This document shows positions 12,634 to 24,525 of a stretch of DNA of 64,000 nt, piece after piece. The stretch spans positions 24,614,001-24,678,000 of the forward strand of contig NC_087455.1 of NCBI RefSeq assembly GCF_036321535.1. The letters are read 5' to 3'. The notes beneath the pieces are model-generated. The model was not told where the DNA came from, made no database searches, and saw only the letters and a program-made list of their open reading frames with translations. This DNA comes from Camelus dromedarius (taxonomy: Eukaryota). Positions within the stretch are counted from its first letter, which is position 1; each line of letters begins with the position of its first letter. Made by a program: the position numbers and the translations under genes.

Positions 12634-13017
12634 TGTTACTAGTAAAGCTGATGCTAGAGAACATCGTGGCTTTGATGTGCAGCCAAGATGAACTCCCTCA
12701 TCCCACACCTTGGATTCAGATAGGCCCATCAGCTGGGCACATACAGGCAATATGTGTACAACCACAGGGCTCCACATGGAGGCCTGCTTCTGTGGTACTT
12801 TGGCAATGCAAGAAGGGACAAGATGGAAAGGAGTGCTGGTCTACACGCATAGTTCTTTGTCCCATGTTACCTCTACAGGGAGGAGAGCATGCACAGTAGT
12901 ATGGGAATAGATAACTACACCCCCCCACCCCCCGGAAGAAGGAGACACCAGGAGTGGAGAGTACGTGACCCACCTCTTCCTCCCCAGAATAGAACAAGCA
13001 CCACAGCGGGGGAAACA
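12634..13017. mobile_element. Probable solo LTR, family unassigned (ERVL-like)
   Basis: 384 bp, TG...CA ends, flanks attta/attga (4 of 5 match), GC higher than surroundings. Confidence 0.5.
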
Positions 13018-13229
13018 ATTGAGCTGCTTTGGAATTTACAGTGAAGAGAAGTTACCTCCAGGATTGGAGACAAGGAAACATTAACAGAGAAGGTGGCATT
13101 TGGACAAGTCCTTGAACAATTCTCACCAGATAATGTGGAGACACTGGGCCAGGATGAGCCAAAGGAAGTGAACCTGAGAAGCAGAGGTGCACTAGGGGGG
13201 TCAAGAGGTCAGTAGCTAGGTCACAGAGC

Positions 13230-13342
13230 TTGGATGACCAAACATCCTGATTGCCTGAGACACTCTGGGCAATCCCAGCCCTGAAAGTCTCAAATCCCAG
13301 GAAACCCCTCAGCCCTGGATAAACTGGATGGTTGATCTCTTT
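13230..13342. mobile_element. MER81-like hAT-Blackjack MITE
   Basis: ggatgaccaaacatcctgattgcctgagac...gaaagtc...ggaaacccctcagccctggataaactggatggttg. Confidence 0.75.
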
Positions 13343-13789
13343 ATTTTAGGGTCAGCTAGGAACCTGAAACTTAAATTTGTTGCATGGTACAGTATATGTA
13401 ATGGCTACATATTTCGCAGGTCACTGGACTTTCAGTAAATGTAATTACTTCCTCAGGGGAGCCTAGGCTGGAAATAAAAGGTGAGAGGCCCAAGACTATC
13501 GGTAGACATTGGGATTCACTGAAGAGTTTTTGAAGGGTATGAGGGCTACGTTGAATCTTTGAGTATGCAAATATGCAGAAAGGAGCCGACTGTTGAATAT
13601 AAAACCAGATGAGAAGGTATTAGGCAGTAAGTTGAAACATCAAGGAGGGTTCTGTCTTTGAGAAGGATAAAATCCCAAAGGAAATACGATCTCTTTTCAT
13701 TGTTCCTGTTAGTCTCTGAAAAGAGCTTCCTAGAATCCACTCCCCCAAACTACATCCATCCTGATCTGTCCATTCTAATGGATAGTGGT

Positions 13790-13924
13790 TTATGTATGTG
13801 ATGGAAATGTTAGCTAACACTTTGGTGGTATTCATATTACAATAGATAAACGTATCAAATCAACACATTGTACACCTTAAACTTACACTGTTTTATGTCA
13901 AGTACATCTCAATTAAAAAAAAAA
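13790..13924 (+). mobile_element. L1 3' tip with A tail and 16-bp TSD
   Basis: caaatcaacacattgtacaccttaaacttac...ctcaatt(A)n; tctaatggatagtggt at 13774-13789 and 13925-13940. Confidence 0.92.
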
Positions 13925-15176
13925 TCTAATGGATAGTGGTGATTTGGAATGAATTGTTATAATTAAACTCATGGATTGTTTTTTAAATGCAAGCTCCCTT
14001 GTATTTTCCTGGATAAAAAATGCCTTTGTGTTGAAGGATGCATTTCTAGTAAGTTCCTTGAAATCATTATTCAAGAATTGTTCTGTTATCGTGACTGTAT
14101 TGAATGTTCTGCCTGCATGTGGCAATCCTCCCAGTTTGACCAGATCGGTAATTCATTTGGCAGAGCCCACGGGGCAAAGCTTAAATAGTGGTTTGTTGTT
14201 GGCACTGAGCTGATACACTAGATGAACCAGATATAGATGTTATCTATTTAGGCAGCTAGACAGTGTCTTTCATTTGGTAACTATTTGTTAATTAGTTGGG
14301 CAATTTTCTCTGCTGAGAAATCTAAGAGGAAAATGCAATGTTTGGGTATGCTGGTCTTTTTAAGTAATGAGCCTTATTATCTAGGAAATATCAGAGGTGG
14401 CTCTCATGATTTACTCAGAAACTCCAGGAAATATAGAACTGAGAGATCTGGTTCCTTGGAAAAACCGTAAGTAGTTTCATAAAACTGCTTTGTATTAGTT
14501 CCTAAAAATTTTTAATAAGTCATTATTATGTTAATTATTTTGAAATGGATTGGTTGGTTATTGCTTCTTCTGCCTAAACTTGAGTTTTCATGTTTAACTT
14601 ATTTTGAAGTCATTTCAGACTTACAGAAAAGTTTAAAGAAATATAAAAATAGCCTTTACTCGTATTCCTTAAATGTTAATATCTTATCAAACTTCATACC
14701 CGGTATATCATATTATCTATTTTTCCTGAAATTGTGAGTAAATTAGAGACATAATGCTCCTTAAAGACATCAATATGTATTTTCTAAAATGAAAACCTAA
14801 TTTTAACTGCAATACATTTATTAAAATAAGGAAACTAACACTGATATATACTGTTAATCTGTAGATACACTGTTACTTAGTCTGGAGAACTTACTCAGAT
14901 TTTCCTGATGACCCCACTAATGTGTTACATAGTAAAAGAAAAAATGTTTCAGATCCACTCTGAGATCGTACATTGCTTTAGTTGTCATATTTCTTTATTT
15001 GCCTTTTTATCAGGACCAATTCTTCAGCCTTTGTCTTTCATGACCTTGACATTTTTGAAGAGTATTGCCCAGTTATTCTGTGTAATATTCCTCAGTTTGA
15101 GTTTGATGTTTCTGCATGATTAGACTGCAGTTCTGCCTTTTTGCCAGGGATATGACAGAAATGACATGTTTTTTCA

Positions 15177-15226
15177 GTGCATCGTATAAGTACATCATAT
15201 AAGTGCATCATATAAGTACATGATAT
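15177..15226. repeat. 13-bp tandem repeat, about 3.8 copies
   Basis: gtgcatcgtataa gtacatcatataa gtgcatcatataa gtacatgatat. Confidence 0.95.
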
Positions 15227-15459
15227 TGACTTGTTTCGTTTTTGATACTAATTTTGATCAGTAAGGAATCTGAAAAGTTCCTCTATTTCTCTTTGTATTT
15301 TGTGGGAAATACTTTGATACTATATCAAATCTTGTTTTCCATCATACATTTACTCAATAGCTTTAACTAGCGCCTGAAACGATAATTACTATGGTGATTT
15401 CCAAGGGCAGGTTCTCCTAATTCCTCATTTACTTCTATTCATTAGTTGAAATTCTGCAA

Positions 15460-15591
15460 NNNNNNNNNNNNNNNNNNNNNNNNNNNNNNNNNNNNNNNNN
15501 NNNNNNNNNNNNNNNNNNNNNNNNNNNNNNNNNNNNNNNNNNNNNNNNNNNNNNNNNNNNNNNNNNNNNNNNNNNNNNNNNNNNNNNNNNN
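15460..15591. other. Assembly gap (132 N)
   Basis: N run inside an old L1. Confidence 1.
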
Positions 15592-16339
15592 ATTTAGGTT
15601 TTGTTACTCTCTTCTGTGGATTATAATCTCTGTCATTATTTATTCTGTTGCTCATATTGTCCTAGATTGGACCACTGGTGGCTCTTCTCAACTTCTGTCT
15701 TTTGGGCATGTTCCCAATATTCCTTGAAGACTTCTCTGCTTTCTGGCACAAGATGTCTCAGGCTGACTTTGTACTTTGCCTGACCCAGCCTGTCAATCAG
15801 CCATTTCTCCAAAAGCCCGTGGCTCCTTGGAGTTGAGAATAGTATTTAAAGAAGAGAATCTGGATGCTAGGTCTGTTCATTGCTGTTGGGAATGGCATTA
15901 ATTCTAGACCTTCTCAGCAAACAAAAGTAGAAAATAGATGCATGTGTGTGTGTGCCTGTGTGTGTAGACACCTGTATACATATATGCATACATTATCTGT
16001 ATGAACATATTAAAATGGCTACACAGTGCAACGCCCTCCAGTCCACCATCACAGGGTTCATTCTAGTGTGCTCTCTTTCCATATTTTTAACACTTTCTAA
16101 CTATGAGAAACCTAGCTCTCATCCACACTATATCTACTTGTTGGCTCAACTTGTGATTGTAAAAAGAAGGCTCGTAGAAATGCTAACCCATACCGCTGTG
16201 AGAAACAAACCTACTAAGAATCAGTATTTGTTTACAGTTCTCTTTGTCTTTAGCTTAAGAATACAGAGTCAAAATACTGTGTTCAGAAGTGATTTAGATT
16301 AGTTCCCCTCCCGCTTCAGTGTGGTTCTGTTATTCATTT

Positions 16340-16900
16340 GAAATTCAGTTAGATTGTTTCTTTTTTTTTTAAGGGTTCCCCTTTCCCCATCCTGTTTTCA
16401 TTTACTCTTTGGGTATGTCAAATACTAACATGATCATGAGGTCAGAAAATTACAAAAGAGCTGTATGTACTTCTCACCCCCATCCTTCCTAACCTCTTCA
16501 CATTCTCCTGTCTTTTTCACTCCATTCCACCTGCCCACTGCAGGTAACCAGTCTCACTGGTTTCTGGTTTACTCATCTTATGTATTTGGTTGCACAAATT
16601 ATTTTCTTACCTACTTTTTATTTTTCTTTTTAGCCAATATCAAAGGTAGCATGCATTAGATACTCTTTTACACTTTGCTTTTTTTTTTAACAGTGCATTT
16701 TAGAAATCACTCCCTAACAATTTTGAGTTCTCCCGAATTCTTTGGTAAGGCTGCATTGTATCCTGTTGTGTGGATGTACCGTAATTTATCCACTTACTCT
16801 TCTCTATGGGGACATTGAAGTTGCTTCCAATATTTTGCAGGGACAAACAATGCTGCAAAGAATAACCTTGTACAAATGTATTTTCAGATTAATATAATTT
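16340..16900 (-). mobile_element. Old L1 (L1ME-like) 3' fragment
   Basis: gcaggtaaccagtctcactggtttctgg...ggatgtaccgtaatttatcc...gggacattgaagttgcttccaatattttgc. Confidence 0.75.
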
Positions 16901-17073
16901 TTATTTCATCGAAGCAACGTAATCCAAGTCTTCTCCAAGTTGTCTTTGATGGAGAGAATTTTGGAGTTACGGATGTGCTAACTTGTTTTTCTTCCTCCGG
17001 GAGTATCCTCAGTGTATAAAATTGTTAAATTCTCCTACTTTTAAACACAGAAATGCACCATATTGGGACTATA

Positions 17074-17285
17074 NNNNNNNNNNNNNNNNNNNNNNNNNNN
17101 NNNNNNNNNNNNNNNNNNNNNNNNNNNNNNNNNNNNNNNNNNNNNNNNNNNNNNNNNNNNNNNNNNNNNNNNNNNNNNNNNNNNNNNNNNNNNNNNNNNN
17201 NNNNNNNNNNNNNNNNNNNNNNNNNNNNNNNNNNNNNNNNNNNNNNNNNNNNNNNNNNNNNNNNNNNNNNNNNNNNNNNNNNNNN
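17074..17285. other. Assembly gap (212 N)
   Basis: N run. Confidence 1.
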
Positions 17286-18177
17286 CCTTAAAGACCACAA
17301 GCAGGGCCACGTGCTTTTCTGAATTAATAGTTGTTCTTTTATTATCAGTGATCTCCTGAACAATACATTTTGTGAACACTTGGTTATCTAATACCTATTA
17401 TCTATGACCATGACACCACGTCCTATTGAACAGAACCTTATATCTTGTGGACTTACAAATAAAGATGTTTATAGGGCTGCTCTGTAGCACTTTTACTATA
17501 ACCACTTTTCTGTTCAGCTGTCACCACCTAAGAGGAAGCCAATCTTAATTTTATTTGTACATCCTTTCTCTTAAGTGTTCGCATTCTGCTGGTTTCTTCT
17601 AATCTAAAATCAAAGCATATCATTTTAGTTCAGATGCCATGTGTTGCGTTTTATCTGATCCTCATGCACTTGAACTCGGGTTTCCTTGACAAAGACTCTG
17701 TTGTTTCTGGGTCAATTGACTCTAACCAGAAGCCGGTGCTTTCTAAGCTTCGTTTTTGAATGGGCTCTGAGGGTCATGCAGCATGCTCCTCAGGGATGCT
17801 GAAGTACTTCGATGTTTTTCTTAATTCTGAATTTGCATTTGATTAAAGTGATAGAATTTTATTCTTTGCAGTAACCATGAAGGGTCGAACGTTCTGTTTT
17901 TGAAGAGTAAATTAATAAATAGTAACATAAATACAAATGAGTTAAATTTGAAAATGTGATCATTGAGTCATTTCATTATAAGGAAGCAATCAGTCTACCT
18001 CTCTCATTTCTTCTCTCCCTTCATTCTCTTTTTAGTTACACTTATGATACAGATATATCCTCATGGTTAAGGAAAAAAAAAAAGAAAAACAAAGTAAAAC
18101 GCATGTCTCCCATGTTCCCTTTCATTACCCTTCTCTGGATGCAATGCTGTTACTTTATGGATCAGTTTCTGATACTC

Positions 18178-18211
18178 TGTGTGTGTTGTGTGTGTGTGTG
18201 TGTGTGTGTGT
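18178..18211. repeat. (TG)n microsatellite, one interruption
   Basis: tgtgtgtgt tgtgtg...tg. Confidence 0.95.
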
Positions 18212-19859
18212 ACCCTCACACATAAACTCTCATACAGTTTGGGAGCTTGGGGATGAAGGGGAAGTGTTTCCTCCCCAAAGGCAAGGGTGGAGACTTGAAG
18301 AAAATCAACTTTGTTGCTAGTGTCAGAAAGGGGAGAACGAACTTTCTTTCCATTGTTGGAAATTTCTTAGGAGGCAGACTTGCTGTTTCTCTGCTAGAAG
18401 AAAAAGACTGCAAGACACTGTCTCTAGAGGGCACCGAAGAAGGAGCCTGTGTGTTTGATTACGGGATGGAGGAGTTGAGGGATTATGGTCGTGAGGGGAC
18501 CTTCGCAGCACGGTGGGGGAGGGGCCAGCTAAAGCTTGTGTCAGGGTAATGCCGGGAATGCACTGTCTGCTGGAAGTTGTGGTGGGATTTGTAAAGGGAC
18601 TACCAAAGCCTAGGGCAGTTTGTATGGCTACTAGCCCCTCCCTGACGAGGCTCCTTTGGATGGAGGTAATGAAGACATCATTCTTCCTTCCTGAGTGCAT
18701 TGGCAATGAGACCATTAAGGCCAACTAAGGGGAAGGATAAACCTCATCCTTTATGTGGAAGACACTTTTCCTTGGTAGCACACTGGGGAGTTAATGCATC
18801 CAACTCCTGTGTACCCCAAGCTCTTGAGGAATTAGACTTTTCCTGGCTGCGTGTGTGGAGTGGAGGAAAGGCTTTACATTCATTTTTTTTTTTTAATCTG
18901 GAGGGAAAAATGGTTTATTTGTTTACTTCTTACAAACTGTTAGTCCAGGCTTCAAGTAGCATAAATGAGCATAAGTTTGACCATAAAATAAAACCATCCT
19001 TTACCCTTATAATGTGAATTTAAGTAAGCCACATATATTCAGGTATAAACAAACTACCGCTTAGAAGTCTATTAGACTCCTTAGAAAAGGACTACCAATA
19101 GCCTACTGAGAACTACCCCATCAAATTATTAAAAGTTGGAGAGAATCTTATTATTGATAAGAAGATAATACCTAATAGTGCCTATATGAACAGTGTTATA
19201 ATAATACTGATTTCATGTTTAATGGGAAACATATCTAGTACTGTTTCTGTCAAAAATACTAATTAATTTTGTTCTATGTGTCTGAAAATGCAATTATATG
19301 GATTTTTTAAAGTATCAGTAACAATAATCTTCTTAACACGAAAGAGATTAAAGGACATCATATTAATTTGATGTTTTAAAGTAAAAAGGAATGGGCCTTA
19401 AAAATGCAAGAACTAATATAATAAATTTCAACTTGCTTTCTTTTATGGAATCTGCTTAGTATACCTAGGGAACAGATACCCAAGTGGAAAGAGGGAGCTG
19501 GTTTGGTGGGGGGAAACTAGTTTATTTACATACCCCAGTGGATCAAAGTGTCATAGTAAATTGGTGAATGGTTTGTTTGACAAAGAGCTACTAATTGATT
19601 GCTTTTCAAATCTGTGCTCTATAAAAATTGTCATAAGATTATTCAAAATGATTGAGAGTAAACCTTAGAGATTTTTCCCTTTACTATTTAATGATGCACT
19701 AAATTTGACATATCATGCATACATATCTTGTTAAACTAGATGGTATGTTTCTGGAGAACAGGGGCCTTATTATATTTCCTAGCAAGCCAAGTAAAAGGTG
19801 TGTGCACTAAAACTTGTTAATTGAAAGGCACTGCATTTTAGCAATATGTTCTTGCATAG

Positions 19860-20700
19860 TAGCAAATACCCATACTAGATGTTAGGCACTGAAGTGGTCT
19901 CCAGGCACGTCAAAGCGTATACAAGGTGGTACCTGCCTTGGAGAAGCTTACTGTCTACTGGGGAAGCCCTGTAGAAAGCTGGTTGATTCCATCACAGTGT
20001 GACAAATGAAGTCATACAAGACAGTCCGGCATGTCTGAGGGGCATACTGCAGCTGCCCTTAAGCCCTTAAGGGTGGTTCAAGTATCAGGGACACCTTCCT
20101 GGAGGGGGCTGCAAGTTCCTCTTTAAGCTGGGAGATTGTAGATGATTTTACTTATTGTGTTGTCCCTAGTGTATGGACGTAGGGAATAATCGTAAATATT
20201 TGTTGAATGAACAAACGGATGAATGAAATAGAGCTTGCTGTAAGGCTTGAATAATGAGTATAAAGTAACTAGAGAAATAAGGACAGATGATGAGGGTGGT
20301 GAAGGTATTCGGGGGATGGTAGAGTGGAAACAGAAACTCAAGAGTTTGGGGCTGGTGCTTTGCACAGGGTTGAGGCAGAGTTCAGACTGGGCTTGGTGGT
20401 TTAGATAGTGGAGACTACAGTAGAGTTTTATTTAATTTTAAGTCCCTCTGAAAGTTTATTAGAGAAAGGATTAGATGGAGGTGAAAGCTGGAAGCATGAA
20501 ACTGTGTAGGCTGGTGGAACAGCCCACTTCTGCAGTGAGAAATATGGTGATAGAAATGCACAAGGGACATTGGAGCAAAGGATGTACTGGAGAGTAAAGA
20601 TGAGTAGGAGTTGGTAACTGACCGTGGTGAGGGGTTGGGAGTCTAGGATGGATGTAAGGTTTTGGTCTCTGAAATACAAGCAGAAGTCTCCTGGATAGGG
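19860..20700. mobile_element. Cluster of L2 fragments (minus about 19860-20110, plus 3' end about 20130-20230, minus about 20440-20700)
   Basis: aaatatttgttgaatgaac...gatgaatgaa L2 terminus; purine-rich reverse L2 text. Confidence 0.65.
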
Positions 20701-22744
20701 CTTCCGGAGAAGTTTCTTATTAAAAATGAGAGACTCGACTGGCATCTGCCTTTGTCCCTGCCTGGAGTGCCATGTAACGAATGCCTCCTAACTACCAGAA
20801 GGTCTGGGAAGTTGAGTTTTTAGCCAAGTATGTTGCTTCCCTAAAGAGGTTTGGGATCCAGAAAGAAGGATAAGCAACCTAGCAACGTCTGACACAGCGG
20901 GAGTTACCTGTTAAGTCTTCCTATAACTAGTATTAAACAAAAAGCACAAAGTCTATTCTTTTAAAGAACATTTTGAGAAAAACATATACCCATAGGAGTT
21001 CCTATATTTGCAAGAAAAATGTGGCTGGCATATTTAAACATGCACTCAATCAGCAGGTGCTGTAGCCCTTCGGAAGACTGATTATTGCTCTAATCACAGA
21101 GAATAACAAAAAAAGAGAAACAAAAAAGGAGATGATTGTGGTCTTTCTCACCCAGCTTGAATGGAAAGTTAAAAAAAAAAAAAACCCAAACAAAAAAACC
21201 TTCAAAGGAAAGTTTTAAAAAAGCAGCATGCAAATAGGTGACTATAACGTGGCTTAGACTAAAAGGCTGAGGGAGGCCCACAAAAAGGAAGGCTACTACG
21301 GAGCGTGGGTCATCTTTGCAGAAGAAGCAATAAAGATATAAATGGGAAAGGGTTGTAATGATTTTTTTTTTTTAATAACAAGCATCAGTGTTGGGTTGTT
21401 CACTGTAACATACTGACTTGAATTCATCTTGTTAGGCTTTAAAATATTAGAGACTGTGAAGCCCACAGACCAGAAATAAAATAATAAATCTTCTGTCAAG
21501 TTTGCTTTTATATACGTCTCATTTGTATGTATATTTAAAACAGTCTATATTGTATTGGCTACACTTAATTCTACCACTATACATCAGTTTTCAAAACTAT
21601 TTCAAACATATATGCAATAACATATGTGCAGTTCTTGGGCTGGCACAAAGTTTGTTTTCTTAAAGTATGAATTGTTAATTTAAAAACCAAATTTACTAAA
21701 AGATCAGGAAGGCAAGAAATTCAGAGTACTGGCACTTTAAGATTCTTTGTGTTTTACAAAAAAAAAAGTCTTCACGTTTGGTGATATGTGCATTTATTTT
21801 TAATGCTTTATTTGGGTTTTCTATCACGTTTCTACCCCCTTTCTATTTCTATTTAAGACTTTGAGACATCTTGGCAAAGAGGAACAAAGAGACTTAATTC
21901 TTACTGAATATGAAATTCATAGGCCTGGATAATGTCTGTATTTTTGCAAAGTCTGGAAAGATGTAAGTTTTAGCCAACACTAGAACAGCTTGAGAAGCTA
22001 TTGAAATCATACATGTATTGCTCTGTCTCTTATGCAGGAAAGGACTTCTGTGTGGCCTGGCTTTACTTGATGTGGTCCTAGTTAATCTGGTTGGCTGCTT
22101 GAGGTCTCTTGTGTTGACCTAAGGGAGGTTTGAGAAATACTGGTTAATATACCACGGTGTGAGAAGGATTTATCACAAATGCCACGTATCATTAATATAG
22201 GCATTCTTTCCTAATAAACCCAATGTTAAATATAAGAGTACATCACAATAACTTGGATTCATTCCCTCATTTCCCCCTGAGTAAAATATGAGACCCCCCT
22301 AAAAAGGTTCATTGTACATTTATGTGGGCTGTGTGTCTGTCTTTACACTCTTGCTTTCTGCCAAGATTTAAGGGAAGTCCCCTTTTCATAAGGAATTATA
22401 AATATGAATTAAGAGTATAATTTTATCCATAATTAAGTAAACAATAATGTGACAAATAATGCTTTTCTCCATTTCAAATAAATTATTCAATTGCTGAATA
22501 AAGCAAGATATTATAAAGACTTTAGATTCTAAAGGCTTTTTGTTTTCTAATCTGGACATTTGAATATTGTGTCAACTGCTGACAGCCCACAAAATATTAA
22601 CATTCGTCGGTATAATTATTTCTCTTTGACTTTTAAGTGCCATGAAATTAAATCTTCAGTTTGTAATGTCTTCTAATTTAATTCTATAAAATTGAAAATT
22701 TCTTAAGTATAGATAAGTTATTCATTACTAATAATACAAGGAAA

Positions 22745-23800
22745 TAACCACATCCTTGGTTTTAAAACTTTGTTTTTGTCAAAGTTATACATGCACATGG
22801 TTAGAGTCCAAGAGTTCTACCAGGGTTGTTATTGAAAAACCACTGTCCTTGCCCCAGTGCCTTCCTGCTCACTCTCCTCCAATGACTTTGAATTCTTTTA
22901 AGATCTTTGGGTATTTATGGTCATAACTTTTCATAACACTCTTTTATTGCCCCTGCTCAGCTTTTTAGTTTGGGGCATTACCTATTGAACTTGCACTATG
23001 GGAGATGAGGGTTTAGCCCGCTTTCACCACTTCCTTTCCTCACTACACACAAGCATGCGTCTCCTCTCCATCCTGCCTGTAGAGTTACAGTGTAGCTTTG
23101 GAGGGATGAAGAGCTGGTGTGCATATTCTCATAACCATGCAAACACAGCTGAGCCACATAGTGTGTGTATATATTTATTACGTTTCATATACTGCGTAAC
23201 TTATTTCCTGTGGAGATGTACATATGTACATCCCTAATTCAACTCAGTTCTCTTCAGTTTGCCTAAATCTCTTCCTAATATGTTAGTATATATTAACTAT
23301 TTTATTAAATTTATCCTTTTGAAGAGAGTTCAGGGTCTCTGATATGGTACTACATTGCAAACCATAAAATAACTTTCTATTTATTTACTTAAAAAAATAA
23401 AATGTCTTTCTAAACTTTTTTGCAGGGGATGCAGTTCAGTTTCATTTATTTTTTAAATGGAGGTACTAGAGATTGAACTCAGGGCCTTGCACGTGCTAAG
23501 CACTCACTCTACCACTGAGGTATACCCACCCTCCCTGATACAGGGAGCAATTTAGACCAATTGCTTTATGGGCTGCTTCATGGATACCATCTTGGATTTT
23601 CCTTCACCATCATCTTGGGAGATTCCTTCTGTCTCTAATTTGTGTTTCATACCCTGTTTCCTAGATGCCATCGTTTATTTTTTTTTATTTACTTACCTGT
23701 TTTTTGGAGCATATCCTTCAGTAGCTTACACAGAAAAGGTACATGAGATAAATATTTGTGAGACCTTACATGTCAGAAAATGTCACAGTTGACTGTTTTG
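22745..23800 (-). mobile_element. Old L1 (L1ME-like), interrupted by a SINE
   Basis: caaagttatacatgcacatggtt...atttgtgagaccttacatgtcagaaaatgtc. Confidence 0.65.
23416..23535 (-). mobile_element. tRNA-Ala-derived SINE (vic-1-like), long form
   Basis: aaatggaggtactagagattgaactcagggccttgcacgtgctaagcactcactctaccactgaggtatac. Confidence 0.9.
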
Positions 23801-24058
23801 GATGGTCCTGGATACCTTTGGAATCCCTTCTATCATCATCACCTCACTCCCACATTTCAACCTCAGGCTGGACCCTCTTGTAGCACTCACTACAACTAAA
23901 TTTCTTATTTTCCTCTCCAGTTCTTCTCCAGCACCCAGGTGGGTGGTGAAAGTTACACAGTTGTGCTTCTCTAGAAGGTAATTTTTCCTTTCTCTGCACC
24001 CTCACCTTTAAAAGTTATCATAGGTGCCTGTAATTGGTATCTTATTTTTTGTTGTTGT

Positions 24059-24525
24059 TGTCAAAGAGAACTAGAGCTGGACAGTAAAGTGGTAAAAATA
24101 GATTTTTACTTAGAGACTATTGCAGAAAGAGTAAAGAGATCTTGGTATAGAACTGGACTCAAATACAACAAGAGAAAAATGTGGATTTACAATCAAGGAT
24201 TGGGGGCAGGGAGGAGGTTGGTAGATGCAAAATTAGTAACAGGAAATATTAAGGATGGGAGGATTCTTGCTAAACTGACACAAATGAGTGATTCTTGCTG
24301 ACTGCACGCCAGGGTAATGACATGTCAGAGGTGGAGGATGAAAAATGGGATCAGATATTGGGGGTGATCAGACACCAAGGGTGAGAAATTCTCTCTAAAT
24401 TGGCTTAGCAGGATTCTTGCTATCATGGGGCTATGGACAGTGAGGACAGGTCCAATGTCATGTCCTGGTTGAGAAAAGGGCTCAGAAGAGTCTGACTAAA
24501 GTTTGGTTGTGGGAAGAATCTGTCA
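24059..24525 (-). mobile_element. ERV1 solo LTR, MER31/MER67-like
   Basis: tgtcaaagag...gactaaagtttggtt...tctgtca; repeated ggattcttgct motif. Confidence 0.8.

Larger units (their letters stand above)
14593..16310 (-). mobile_element. Old L1 (L1MC4-like) 3' region, spans gap 2
   Basis: ttcagacttacagaaaag...ttcatgaccttgacatttttgaagagt...ttctggcacaagatgtctcaggctgac. Confidence 0.8.

Noticed and set aside
6125-15591. Two gaps of identical size (132 N)
   Set aside because: Gap sizes are assembler estimates; there is no biological information, and ORFs spanning N runs are artefacts.
18247-18724. Overlapping 100-aa and 133-aa ORFs in a GC-richer block
   Set aside because: No similarity to any protein I recognise, no poly(A) tail or TSD of a retrocopy, and ORFs on both strands as expected from GC content.
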